A stretch of DNA of 64,000 bases. Source: Klebsormidium nitens (Eukaryota; Plantae; Klebsormidiophyceae). The stretch spans positions 182,351 through 246,350 of the forward strand of contig DF237010.1 in assembly GCA_000708835.1 (NCBI GenBank), in the 5' to 3' direction. Of the stretch, positions 1 through 13,000 are shown one piece after another. How positions within the stretch are numbered: the stretch's first letter is position 1; each line of letters starts with the position of its first letter. The notes under the pieces were generated by a model, which was not told the DNA's origin, made no database searches, and was given only the letters and a program-made list of their open reading frames with translations. Position numbers and translations under genes: made by a program.

Positions 1-634
1 GGAATCGTACCGGTATACGGGATCCGCAAGCCAGAAGGATAGACTGTGAATATATTTGAAGTTTTACTATCTTTGTTTAGAATACGGCTAACACATACAG
101 AGTGGACACTGGGTGATTGCAAAAGTTCACTTTCCGTTTAGCGGATTCAGAAACATACACGCATAAAATGGCTCAATTTTGAAGCCTGGTAAAACACGGA
201 GCTCAGCCATCTTCCACCTGCCAGTGCATCATTGCCCGAGTTCTGGGAAAGCTGGTGCAGCAAGCAGCGCAGTTGTGCCTTCTGTGGCAGCCACATTGGC
301 ATTTGATTTTGTTGTTGACTGGCGAAGCCAGCGCGAGCTGGCACTTGGAGAGCAATTTTTGTACATGCTGTAAGAATCTTGATCAAGCTGCTCCATCTTA
401 GCCCTTGGTAAGAGACATTAGCCATTACTTCGATAGCTGATCAGAGCTTAGATCATGTTAAGCAGGACAACGCAAGTTGACGACAATTCCTTGCCTTCGC
501 CAACCGGCTTGCTTAGTTTAGCGACCACTCATCCAGCTTGGAGCAAAATGAGATGATGCTGTAGCGTCAAAGACTTGATCGAGCGGATCAGGCAGGGCGT
601 GGAGCGCGCGTGTAGCTTGACAGCTTGGGCTTGG

Positions 635-3600
635 ATGGAGGGCAGCCAGCAGCTTGAGGTTGATGAGAATGCCGTCAATGATGTTGACTCCAGCTTTCTG
701 ATAGCCTTGGAGGTAAGCATTGTAGTGCACGACGGAATGCGCTCGCCCAGGCCCCCATGGCACCTCAATCTTGAGTGGGCCGGGGTCGTTGATAGTTTCC
801 AAGTTCAAATTGGTGCAGATAATCCTAGAAAGAGAAGCAATGTACTGAAGTACCCATTCAGCTGTGATGTGCTGGTGGAATTGACTGGCTCGCCTTCACC
901 TGAAAAATTCTGTTGTCCTGAATAAGCTTTCTTCACTATACCCTCTTCAACGACTTGCTTGCTGATCTAGGAACTTCGCAACCTGCGCCCACAGCTACTG
1001 ACAGCTGCGGAGTACTGCGAGCAGCAGTACTTGACCAGCGAGCAGAAGGACTCGTAAGTGCTGCGAATCCCCCTCCTTTGAACCACAAACGACAATCTGC
1101 ATGTGGAGCCCTCCCCTCCCGTCAATGTCACTTGAAGTGCTCTTTCAGCGCCACTTTTAATTAGAAGTTCATTTAGTACACTCATGAATGTGAATGCGTG
1201 CATTGCCAATCGACGGTCATCACAGGATGACTCCTTCAGTTGCTGGCCACAGCGGTTCTGATTCCGTCATCCTGCACTTCCTTTACTTCTCAGAATGAAA
1301 AGTTCGTTGGCGATGTATAGTCACATCCTCGTGACTCCGGTGTCGATGTGTCAATAGAAGATTGTTCATTGAGAACTGATCTGCATATGCGTTTCAAACC
1401 GCTTTTGTCTCGCACCAAGAAACGTCCTGTCCTTGGTGCCTATTGCAGTGTCACTGGCAACTTACGGGACTACGCTGTGAAGGCGCTCGTCAACATGGTT
1501 GACCATCTTGGCACAGTGTCATACAAGCTCAACCTCTGCATAGACCAAGAGACGAGCAGGGCAGAAACTCTTGACGTCCAGTTGATGACGCTTCAGCAGG
1601 TCCGCTGTACTCTATTGGAGTGACCCCCTCGTTGCTCTCCTTCCCGCTACTGCCCTGTACTCCAGTAGTTCCTACACACAAGGGATGTTTGAAAGGAAGA
1701 GCTCAGTGTCTACCAAAAAAAAATCCAATCTCATGACGCAAACATGTAAGTCGCCCTAGGAACTTAGTTCTGGCTTGAGGATGTTCTTTGGGGTATTACT
1801 GTGCTACTGCTGTAGTCAATCGCTTGCCAAAAAACCTCGGTTTCCCCCAGCCTCCGTTGCTCCCCCTCTGAGCGGCATCCATACCAATTGCCTCCAAGAA
1901 TGCGATCCTCGATTTTTGAAGGGGGTTCATAGAATTGGAGAAAGCGTGCAGCTCGTAGAGCTGACATGCACGTGAGAGAGAGGGTATATCTTACGAAAAA
2001 CGCTCCTAATAGGAGATGGAGGCTCAGACATACTTGAGCCTTTCCACTTGCAGCGCATTGCCTCCATGCGCACATATATGGAGCAGGATGCTGCGAAGCA
2101 GCAGCAACAGCCTAAAGCTGCCCAAAGAATGGTCAAACAATACCGGGTGCCGGGTGAGAAACCTGACAATGCCGGTTCTTTCCACCGGGCGTCTAGAGGG
2201 AGTATGACAGGGCAGAGTATCATGTGTTGTTGACTCTCTACAGATTTTCTATTTGTTGACCTTCGCAAAAAAATTCAAAGGCCTCCTGCCCTTTACAGTC
2301 TTAATTTGTGGGCTTTAAAAAGTTGTTCTCTTGCAACATTCATGTTTTAGTCTTCTCTGATGAGTTGCCAAGAGGCCACCGATAAGGGAGTCGGCAAGAG
2401 TAGAGAGTCAATTCATAGATGTCCTCTGTCTGCATTTGCGGTATTCAGCAGGTACTAGAAGACGGCCAGCAGTTCGATCCAACCTTTCATGAAAGCTAGC
2501 TTTGCTGCAGATGCGACGGCCGAGGCAGCCTTTGCAACGGCCCAGTTCCTGGTCGAGATGCCCCGGGAACGCTTCGAGTTCGAGGAGAGAAACACGTCGG
2601 AGTCTTTCTATTCGCCGCAACCGGTGATGCCGGCCCGCCGCTCCACATTCGGCCGGCGCAGGTCGGAGCCATTACCTGCATCTAGAGAGCCCCTCAGGTT
2701 CGTTCTCTGATCCTCGAGTGCCTTTACTTGCGAGGAAGTCGACCTTTCTGGTGGTATCGACTTCCCTTTTGAAACTTGCTAAGTCAATCAACAAGAGAAT
2801 CTCAATGAGGGCAGGTTTTACCCCGGACTGCGTTTGGCGTACTTGAACACGTATAATCATTCTGTTTGTAGTACGAACGCGATCTGTTGGATGCATCTCA
2901 TTGGCTCTTGGTCCAAGCTGACGCCGTTGTCATCTGGTCCTGCCTCTCTGAGCGGTCCTCTCATCAAAGCGTTCTCAATTTGCTGCAGGCGTGCTTCATC
3001 TGTGTCGTACCAAGGTAAGAGCCAATCATTCAAGCTACCGTAGCGCCAAGGGAATTCTCCTAAAAGTAAATAATTTGGGGTCGGTGTGAAAATTTTGAAA
3101 CTATTTGAAATGCGAGGTTGAGATGACGGAATGAAAAATGTTGGTAAAAGTATTGTCATACTGCTGAAGTATAGGGGAAACTGGGCCCAAAAAACCAAAT
3201 TCGCCTTTTGTGCTATGTGTTGGAAAATATCTATTCCGCTGGGTGACACCTAAAATCTTTCGAAATTAATTATTCGCATAATTAGTTTCGGTGGTGAATT
3301 CCCTTGGCGCTACGGTAGTAAACGAGTAACCTTGTCGAGAGGTCGGTTATAGGCTCCTTCCGTCGCGGTCTGCAAGCTCGCAACCTTTGAATGGAAGGAA
3401 GAAAATTATCGAAGCTAAGACTGCAAAGGGGCCAGTGGCGCTCACTGACTTCAGCCGTGCCCATTTTCGCCACGCGTGATCTGGGCTCACGTCAGCCTCG
3501 AAGGTCCAACCTTCCCGTTTCAGTGACCTTTTCGTCACCCCATGGCGAAAGGGCGTTTCTGGAAGTAGTTGGGGTGCATGTTTTCTCCTCGCTATCGCGT

Positions 3601-4211
3601 CAGATCCTTCCAAACGCATTCTGCTTCTAATGTGCCTTTCTAGCTTCAAAATGCAGTCAGTAAAGTCTCTTTCCTTGGCAGCCGCAGACGCCCCCGGTTC
3701 GCCCTCCTCGACTTCCACAATCGGGGGCGACTCCACGACTAGGTCGACGGGAGGATCCCGTGCCAGGGGCAGTCACCTGGACCGTTCAGATTCTGGCCCG
3801 GTAAGCCTTGCAAGATGCCCGAGTAGAGGTGGATTCTTAACCTTCGCCAAGCAAAAGCTTTCGCACAGTCAAAGCATTTCGGGGTGGGCTTCTAGATACC
3901 TCCGAGCTGCGAGTGCGCTGGGGAGTTTGATCATCATTCGCATCCCGTTTGCTCCGAGCCTCATTGGGTCCTTAAGATCACTACAGGAAAGGATCGAACA
4001 GTGTGCCTGACCCGGACCTAGGGTGTCAACCCAAGCCCATTTGTTCCTGCATGCGCTGCAGGTCCTACGACAACATGTTGGTGAAGGCTTCGTTGATGTA
4101 GAATCCGTAGACCTAAGTGTATCTGGAACGCAGACTAACAGGAGCACCTCCAAGCTTCGAAGAATGTTTAGCAGGGTTCTATCAAGGAAAGAGTCAGAAC
4201 AGATTAGGTAA
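635..4211 (+). CDS. ABIL: ABI-like (Abl interactor-like) subunit of the SCAR/WAVE complex, multi-exon
   Basis: Exons 635-712, 971-1053, 1449-1599, 2054-2153, 2511-2697 and 2989-3014, an uncertain middle (about 3330-3800), and last exon 4062-4211, all GT-AG. Spliced N-terminus MEGSQQLEVDENAVNDVDSSFLIALE-ELRNLRPQLLTAAEYCEQQY...VTGNLRDYAVKALVNMVDHLGTVSYKLN matches the plant ABIL signature as recalled (LKNLRxQLYSAAEY...LKDYAxKALVNTVDHLGSVxYK). C-terminus SKLRRMFSRVLSRK is also ABIL-like. One or two middle exons could not be phased. Confidence 0.9.
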
Positions 4212-6159
4212 TTGTTCCTTGAATCTAGGCCAACACTTCGTGTGGTTTTTGGCGGCCAATCAATCGAGTGTTGCAGTTTTAACGGGTGTCGGTATATGTC
4301 TTAGCAGGGAGGCTTGCGACTTTTAGGTTCTAACAACCAGTGCCCATGACTTCTCCTTGGTTCACCAACCCTTGTATAGTAAGTCACGAGCTGGACTGAA
4401 TAATCAGAGGATATTGAAAGCGAAAAGGAAGTCAATTTGTAAATGGTGAATAATAGTTGCTCGACCCAAAATCTGCGAGCAACGCACACACTTTCGAACT
4501 TGTACCTTCAACTTCGACGTTCGACTGAGCACATGCAATGATACGCGCCACGACTGAAACCTGGTGTATGAAAGTATGTCGATCATGCGGCAAGTAACAG
4601 TGCCTGAGTGAATACCGGGTCATGGGGATATGTCATTACGGTCACTATGCCTTTGCGAGATTTGTCGATGATTACGGATCCTTGCCTCATAATGATCTCA
4701 AAAATCAACGTACGCGCATATAGCTACAATGTAACGGATTCTGCAATGAGCTTGGTCTTAGATTTGCAACTCATACAAAAAAAACGACGACTAATTCCTA
4801 GCGAAGACTCTAGCTAAGAATATATATGAAGCTCAGTAGGTGGTCCACGGATTCTAGATTTTGAATGAGTCCGCTCTGCATTTGCCGCCTACTAAATCCA
4901 GAATTTTACTACGGTATGTAGGTAGTAGGTAATATATACGTATCTGATCGGTTCATTTCATGCATGCTCTAGGAATGCTCTAGTGCGCAGAGTCTGCTGT
5001 GCCAAGTAGGGTACCTACTACAGAGCCAGGTTAATGAAATTCGGTATACCGGTAGGTACTTACTACTGTACCTACTACTGTAGCTAGGTACTGAGACCGT
5101 ACATTAGCCTACACACCTATCTGATATCATGATTAGATCGGCAGGCACATTCTACTTGACCGTCCGATGCGAAAGCAAGCGTTTCATCGGCGGTTTGCAA
5201 TGAATTCTTTCAGTGGCCACGGCCCACCGTACAGGCTACCGTACAGCTTGTGCGAGCGGGGGGCAAATTTTTTGAGCCATCAACTGTGACTCACCAAATG
5301 TCAGTTTCAACCTGTCAGGAGCATCTACGGTGTGGATGGTGGCTTGATAAACCACGTGCATATGGACGGTTTGACTCTAATACTACGCCAACTTGCGTCA
5401 TCCAACCAGCTCATCGTAGCCGTCGATTTCTATCCGAACAAGTTGGAGCTCCGAAAAGGCAAAAGTGAGGTAAAAGTGACCAGATGATGATGTCCTCTTT
5501 CATCCTCTTGTTTTGAAGCATGCGAGTTGGCAGCTTGTTGATCAGATGTCGCCATGGTGAAACTGTCCACCCCGATCAGACCCGTGTCACCGTTCATTTG
5601 AACACATACCTTGCATCGGACGGCTCAATCCCTACAAAAACATTAAGCAGTGCATGAGGTAGGAAAAACTCAGCTTTGTATACTGCACGCTAGCTGCTTG
5701 CAGGCTTGTTGAATTCTCCTGTGCCAAAGTTGAAGCCATGACCTTGCAGCTGGCAAGGCCGACGAGTCACGACTGTTTGAACGGTGCCAGGGAATGCCTG
5801 GGGGAAAGGGACGGCATGGAGTTGTACAAGAGGGTTCACCTGGCACTGTAAGCTGGCAACTGCCTCATACTCGAGGAGGGACGGATGCGAGCTCGGGCCA
5901 AGGAGCTGCAGATTTAGACTTGTGATCTCGATCGATCTGAAATCGCATCGACGTCTCGTGTATTTTTGCAGTGGATATCGGGTGAGTTGTGGGCAACTGC
6001 AGGAACATTTGCAGAGGTGGTTTTGCACACAAGTCGGCGATGAATGCTGATTAAAGTCCGGTAGTGACGTTTCAGTAGCATTCGACAGTTTCCGTATGGA
6101 CACTCTACCGCAAGGGATCTAGTCCCTGGGACAGCAGGGGCTAGATCAAACCCTCTCCA

Positions 6160-8533
6160 ATGGCTTTTCATGAGACCTCCTCCTATGCTCTCAGCCAACT
6201 TTCACCTGAATCTGGGCCGCGCGCGAGCTTTGAGCACGCTAGTGTTGAGCAAGCATGTGCAAGCACGCAAGCCTCCTCGGTGTGTCATCCATGTGGGATG
6301 GAGGTGGTAAGATCTGTGCCAGTGTACAGCCGCCATGTGTTCCTGGCATTTAAGCAGCCCCGGGAATGGCCGAGTGGCAAATTGGGGTCGGTAGAAGCAG
6401 AGCGACTCCCTAGGCTGTTAGCTGCAACTATCAAGGAGGCCGCACACCGGTTGGGGGGCCGTGTGCAGTTGACAGTTTGTGAGGCGGATGACGAGTCAGA
6501 TGGAGACGCCCTCGTTTTTCCTGACATGAAGAGATACAAGTGAGTTCGCTGTGGGGTTTATGCAGCTTTAGGTCGTTGCTTTTGCAGAGTGGTCAAACTT
6601 AAGGCCTTTTCGGATCGTTTGCTTATTACCAGCTGCAAGGCGTGCAGAAGACAGTACTGTTAACAACTTCTTGATTTTGTCGGTTTCCTTGAGACTATGC
6701 TTTTGCAATTTGCAAGAAAGTATGCTAAATCCGTCTGCTTGGATCTGCAACAAATTCTGCGCATGCTGGTGTCTTTTAGAAGGTGGACTTGCGATCTCGT
6801 TATGCATTCTGCATCTGTCCTTGAATTTTCCTGCCGCATCCTCTTTGTGGTTATAGCTATCTGCGACTGCGCTCCCTTGGTCCCTGTTTAGGGACTGCCC
6901 CCAGCCTTGATGGGGGCTGCTTGTTTGTCGGCAGCCCCCATCAAACGCCACAGCCATCCAATCAATTCTAGCGCAGAAACCAGCTGCATTAAGGCAAGTA
7001 GCAAGCTTGATTGGCAATGGAGAACTCTACTCAAAACTACTGCACCTGAACCAAACTGCTCTCCTGCAGAGCCCTCACTGTGCACGACCTGGCGCTGTTA
7101 GTGGACGAGGTGCTGGTCTCAGGACGGGAGCGCTTCCTCTCCAGCGAACCCCTTCCTGGAGTGCAGCTCTTCGTCTGCTGTGACCCTAGCCGGGGGGGCA
7201 GATGTGCTCAAGTGGGGACCCCCCTGCTTGCTGCTCTGCGTGCCGGCGTGCAGAGCCGGGGCTGGACCGAACAGGTAGCGGTGAGGGCATGCAGTCATGC
7301 GGGATGCAAAGGCGATGCGGCGCGGGTGCTCGTCTTCTCCAGCCGGGGGGACTGCTCGGTTGGCCACTGGTGAGCTGGCTGCACTACTACGTCTGGGTCT
7401 GGTTCAACTCCAGTTCTTAGCGGCTTTTACTTTTATTCTGTGAAGCTGTGAGGATCAGAGGGTGCAGGAATTTTCAGGAGGTATTTTATTCATGCAATAC
7501 CGCATCAGCAGTCAAAAAGAGCCTGCTTGATGTCATCTGCGCAGCAGCAGTCAAAGACAGAAGTTTTCTCTGTCGCATACGCTCATTCTGTGTCCTGCGT
7601 CGAAATTTGGTCGCGGCTGCTAAGTCAGCTCAAATTCTACCTGGCGCCATGCGGCTAGGCAAGGGGTTGCTAGATCGAAAGCCTGGATGGGTCCCTATCT
7701 GCTCTTTAGTTCTGCTGCTAAGAGCTCAACATCAGTGCATCTTTCTTTCCAGGTACGGTGGAGTGGGCCTCGCAGACGTGGCGGCCCTCCTAGACGAACA
7801 CATCGGCGCAGGTCGCATAGTTGAGCACATATGGCGCGGTCAGATGGCCCCCCCTCAGGGCCAACCCCGCCCGCAGCCCGCTCCTTTCCCGGGCGCTTCC
7901 CCGCCACCGCAGCTCACGAGCGCTGCAGGGTTTGGCATGCAGAAAGAGGCAGAGGTGCTGTCTGGGGGCCAGGGGCAGCAGCGAGCGGCCTCCCCCGGGG
8001 GGAGCGATGGAGAGGTCGATGAGAGCGTGCTGGGGTACAGCATGACTGCATCTGAGAGCAGTGAGGAGGGGCTTTTCTCTCCACAGGGGGGGGCCGATGC
8101 CAGCGCTGGAAAGCAGGGGGGGCGGTCTGTGGGTGCCTCGTTTGGGAGCGGGCGGTTCTCCGTAGAGAGCACGGGGGGCGCAACGTTGATGGAGCTAGCA
8201 CGCAGTGAGAGCAAAGGCGGGGACATTAGCGAGGAGACGCGCGGCGTGCTTGGTTCTTTGCCGGATGTACATATTGAGGGTGAGGGCGGGATAACGGGGA
8301 TGCTAAATAGCCAGGAGGGGCAGCTATCTGAGTGCAAGCCGTCAAAAGAGGAGTCAAGGAACCAGGCAGGTTCGGTGAGAGGCTTGAATGACGGCCTGAG
8401 CAAGTCAAACGAGGCGGTGTGGTTTTCGTTTTATCCTTCTGGGGGATTCCGCTTTGATGCGAAGGTACAGTTCGGCGTGAGTTTGGCAGCCATAGCGGCC
8501 ACAGTGGGCTTCCAGCTTGCTAGGCAGCACTAA
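6160..8533 (+). CDS. AIM32: Sucrase/ferredoxin-like (AIM32/Apd1 family) thioredoxin-fold Fe-S protein, 3 exons
   Basis: Exons 6160-6539, 7070-7369 and 7753-8533 join in frame. Motifs YSRHVFL, DALVFPDMKRYK, LFVCCDPSRGGRC, ACSHAG, GHW-YGGVGLADVAALLDEHIGAGRIVEHIWRGQM and a C-terminal hydrophobic tail fit the plant family. The symbol is a family label, not an orthology call. Confidence 0.85.
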
Positions 8534-9239
8534 TATGCACAGGCTAGCATATGCAGAGGCGTAGATGCAGAAGCACATTTGCGTGCGACGGCGTCGAGAT
8601 CGGTTGTAGATGCATGCGAGGGCTCCCATGCGGGGGTATGCTTTGTCACGAGGCACATGCATGAGGGCTGTTGGGCAGCTACGGAAGGCTTGTAAATAAT
8701 TTGAGTCTCGATCGAGATGTTAGTATCTTAGAATGTCGCAACACTATTGAGTGATCGCCTAGGAGTTTTGTAGGTTGGTCGTGTTTTGCCGATAGACGGA
8801 CAGTGTGTATGGTTCCCTTGCTGATCCTGGCTAGGCCCATAAAGCGGACATATAAAATGCCTAATGAGCAGTAACGAATCACCATTTATGAGGACATGGC
8901 TCAAGTTTTCGTACAGGATAAGGTAAATTTGGATTTTTGATGCGCAGAGATATATAGAGTAGGGTATTTAAGGAAGCACTCGGTCAGATACAGAGTTCTG
9001 TGTCAAAGCGTTAGGCAAGTGTAGCTTACAAGGACCACTCTTTTCCAACGCCCAACTTCTGATTTGTTAAGTTGGACTGTTGTTGCCAGTTGGCCCGCGT
9101 GGATGATTTTGCATGACATATAAGTCGGTAGGGCGAACAATGAATGTGCCATATCTTAAACCTCGTGCCAATTCAAATTTCAACGACGATCCGGTCCTTG
9201 CAAAAGTGAGTATATAGTACGCCCGGCCGGCCCACTGAG

Positions 9240-9960
9240 CCATCATGTCAGTGTGCGCATGCAGCACACTGACGCGCTCGAACCTGGAATCAAAATTTCA
9301 GTCCTGTCGTGAATCGGCCATGTCGATTGAACATGGTTAGGAACATGCATAATAGCTAGATACGCCGCCCGCGCGCGCGCGCTGGCAGGCTGGTGCATTG
9401 CTCAGCTAGTGCGGGACGTGATCAAACGCATATGTAGCGCGCATATGAGCATGATTGTCATTTCTAGCTAGCAATTTCATATTGCCGCGGCGGCGCGAGG
9501 CCGTGATTGAGTCGAGGCTAGCTTCTTGATCGCAAGATTATAACATGCTAGTACCGGCAGCGCGCGCGCCGCCGCCGGTAGCTAGCCTGTGCGCATGCAT
9601 GCAAGCATGGCCATGGATCATTCGCTCCCCTGGGCCCCGGCATGGCTATGCCGCCGCTTGTACGTTGAAGTCATTTCAATTGAATGCCAAATTAAGGAAT
9701 CATGACCGTCTCGGAACGACGGTGCATGTATGTATGACGGCCGCGGTGTGTGCCTACTAGCTGCATATATGTAACAGCAGCGTGACGTTTGACGGCAAGG
9801 ATTGAATAGTGATCCCGGACCCCGGGTCTGCTAGATATGCCGACACGAGCAAGCACCTAGCAAATAAACGATATACTGTACGCAATACAAGAAAGCTCGG
9901 GATTGCGGGGCGCCAAAGTGACCCGGTGCATGATCTGATCCCGCAGTGAACAGCAGTTGA
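9240..9960. other. Intergenic tract rich in alternating purine-pyrimidine and short palindromic words
   Basis: Dense GCGC, TGCA, CATG, CTAG, ATAT and GTAC words (for example gcgcgcgcgcgc, gcgcatatgagcatg, gctagctagc, gcgcatgcatgcaagcatggccatgg) between convergent AIM32-like and CTL 3' ends. No credible ORF. Confidence 0.55.
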
Positions 9961-10096
9961 TATCACACGCAAACCGAATGCTGATTGACTGGTAAGTGCT
10001 CAATTCTATGTTTGTAAAACAAGGATCGAGTTTGACGAATTGCGCCTCAAACTACTCAACTAGTAGCTGAAGTTCGTGACAGCTTCACCAACATCA

Positions 10097-13000
10097 TTAC
10101 GGCTGGTTTCTTGGATTATCAATCAAAGGTTTCCGAGCCCGACGGGCAAGCCTTTCGTTGAGCATAGCTTCCAGCTCACTGCCAAACTCAGGGTCCCAAC
10201 GACTTATTAAAGCTGGGTCCTCGGCAAACATCACGTAAATAGTCGTGACCCCGGCTTCGATAACGGCAGTCACGAGGCCGATCTGCAAAAGGAAGGTGCA
10301 GCGCTTAGCAACTTTTTTACGCTGTCCTCAAGTCGAAAGCGCTCTCCCAGGAGGCTTGTGTACCCAAACACTGATCTTCGTCGACGCGGGAGGCGTAAGC
10401 GGGATGTCCGCCTCTGGCAATCCAACGGGGCAGAAGACGAGGGCACCCTCCGAATGGGAGCGGAATGGAAACCACAGCTTGAAGACCTCAAGCACGCCGA
10501 TTCACTGCTGTTCTTCACCTCGATAGGCGGTTTTAGGATTGCCAAAAGAGGTTCATTACATATTTAGCACGTCCCACCGCCGGGCTCAAGGTCGCTCAAG
10601 CATGCCTGGCCAACGCTTAGGGCTATTCTGCACCAGCAAAGAAACCTGCTGAACGAAACGCGGTGCCGCTTGTCAACGTAAAATTCTTACGAAACTCTCT
10701 TTCTCGTCTCACAATCAAGCAGACTTTGGAGCAAGACGACGTCTCCATGAAGTTTGCTTGATGACACGGATCCGAGGCCAACGTGCGCTGCATCGCATTC
10801 TCCATCGACCAGACTCCAGCGCACTTCAAGCACGTACAGAATGCAAAGCACGTCAAGCACGAAGCACGCATGGCAATAGCAAATTCCGATCCCTTTCGAG
10901 CCTTTCCCTCACCAGCATCATGCTGAGCAGCGCTCCCGTGACGGCCACGGGGACCGTCCGATCCTCCTGCGTATAGTGCACCCACGTGCCCACAACCGTC
11001 CCGGTGATCAGTCCCCCGAGCGCGACGCTCAGCAGTAACACCGCCCCCGACAGGTCCTGCGCCACCAGGGCCTCGACTCCGGTCTGGTGTCAAGGGAAGG
11101 AGGAGAACCGTTAGCACTGCGACGGAACCGCGGGGTGAAGAGATCAGACCTGCGCCTGCACTGAGCGTCAGGTTTACGTGCTGACTGCACAATAAGTCAC
11201 GGAAACGTTGAGTAGTTTTCATGCAAGCAAATAAGTACACGGCGTCGGGTGTCTCTTTCAGCGACGAGACACGGCTCTTCGACTTGCCAAGGAGCAAAAA
11301 CTTAGTATTATTTTATGTTTTTTGAATTGTTGAAACCCAAAACTTATTGCGGCGAAAGCGGAGGTGACGTAGCAGCGTGTTGTGATTGGTGCAAAGGATG
11401 TCAAGCAGGGATCTCCTACTCTTCAAACACGTCGAAGCCATTCCACGATTATGTGAGAGGACGGTTTGAGCGGGTTCTCAAAGGTCGTTAGCTAGAGAAT
11501 CCGCAGCCAGAGGTGTCAGGGCGTGAGAAAGCGCCGCTCGTTAAGCCGCGAAGCTCAAAGTTGGGTAGACCCAGTGACTCCGGCGCAAGACGTCCTCAAA
11601 GAGTGGAGAGAAAATTGATGATCCACCGAGGAGTGCGGGGCTCACCAGCTGGAACCGCTCCCACGCATCTGTCGATGCCCGGTTGAAACCCTTCCCACCA
11701 ATCGCCATCTGCACGAAAATGAAAGGGCTGTCAAACAAGAGCAGACGGCCAGGTTCTGAAAGAATGAAAAAAGCAACTCGGATGGCACTCGCATCGCCAA
11801 AACTATGAGGACGTAGGACGGCATAAATGCTACTGACAGGACAATGTTTGTGTGCGCTACTTTACGCGCTACTTGATAGAAGCCGGTGACTCAGTGGTGC
11901 CCAAATGTTTGAGCTTCTGAGGCGATTTCGATAGCCCCAATCCTTCTGGGAAGCTCTGCTAACCAGTCCATTCCGAGCGGAGGCAACCATCAGACTCCAC
12001 GAGTAGAGCGTTTGACTGTTCAATCAAACGTGCGGAACGCCAAAACGCTGGGCACAATCCCGGACCGTTCTTGTGAATTTTCAGCAACCATACTACCGAG
12101 CTCGGCCGCGGAATCTAAGTTGTGCTGACGGACGAAAGCCATGCGCCGTTCTTGTGGTTCTCCAGCAATCGTAGTTCCGAGCGCGGCCGCGAGAAAACGA
12201 ACGGGCTGACGGACAAGAATCATGCGCGCGCACTCACGTGGACGTACGCGTACTTGTTGAAGATGCGCACGAAGCCTTCCAAGAGGCCCAGGTAGCAGTC
12301 CAGGCAGCACAGCATGCACTCGTTGGAGCGCATGCGGCCGCGCAACCCCCGGGCCTGCACGGACGGTCCGGGATTGTGAGTTGGGCGACGAAAGCAAAAG
12401 TGATTTACTTGGAAGCTGTTTTACCGGCAAAGCGGGACTCGTTGGAGCGCATCCGGCCACGCAGCCCGCGGGCCTGTACGGACGATTCAACAACTTATCA
12501 GCCGGATAAGCTTGTGAAAGGTTCGTTCACCTCAGAACTGATTTCGCCTCTGCAAATACAGCGAATCAGGGTGAAAGCGGAGGGTGACGGTTTATCTCGT
12601 ACGGTATTACACGTTATCTGTCCGGATTCGGTGGTCTCGGTGCTATGGGCGTTACATCGAAATAAATGGTGTGGGTCTGGTGAAACGTAAAGCATAAATG
12701 ACGAGGTTCCGCCAAGAGATCGATGAAGGGGAATGAGCGACAAAGAACAGCGTCTAAAAGTCCACAATGAGAAACTCGGGCAACAAGCCATGCTGCATGC
12801 CAATGGATGAGCGACCCCAACACAGTTCAGCCAGATCGATTGCTGGGAGAGCCTCGAGAGCTGTTTGCATTGCTAGATCCTCCATTCTTCAATCCAGGCT
12901 CTGGTTTGATCCTGAATGCACACCCGAAGACTGCTCCTCTCTGCTAACTCCAATAAGGTAATCTTGAAAAATGTCTCACCAGCCACCGAAGCGTCCTCAC

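Noticed and set aside
518-808. 96-aa minus-strand ORF with protein-like sequence
   Set aside because: It overlaps ABIL exon 1 (635-712) on the opposite strand, and ABIL has the correct donor and homology. This is a shadow ORF.
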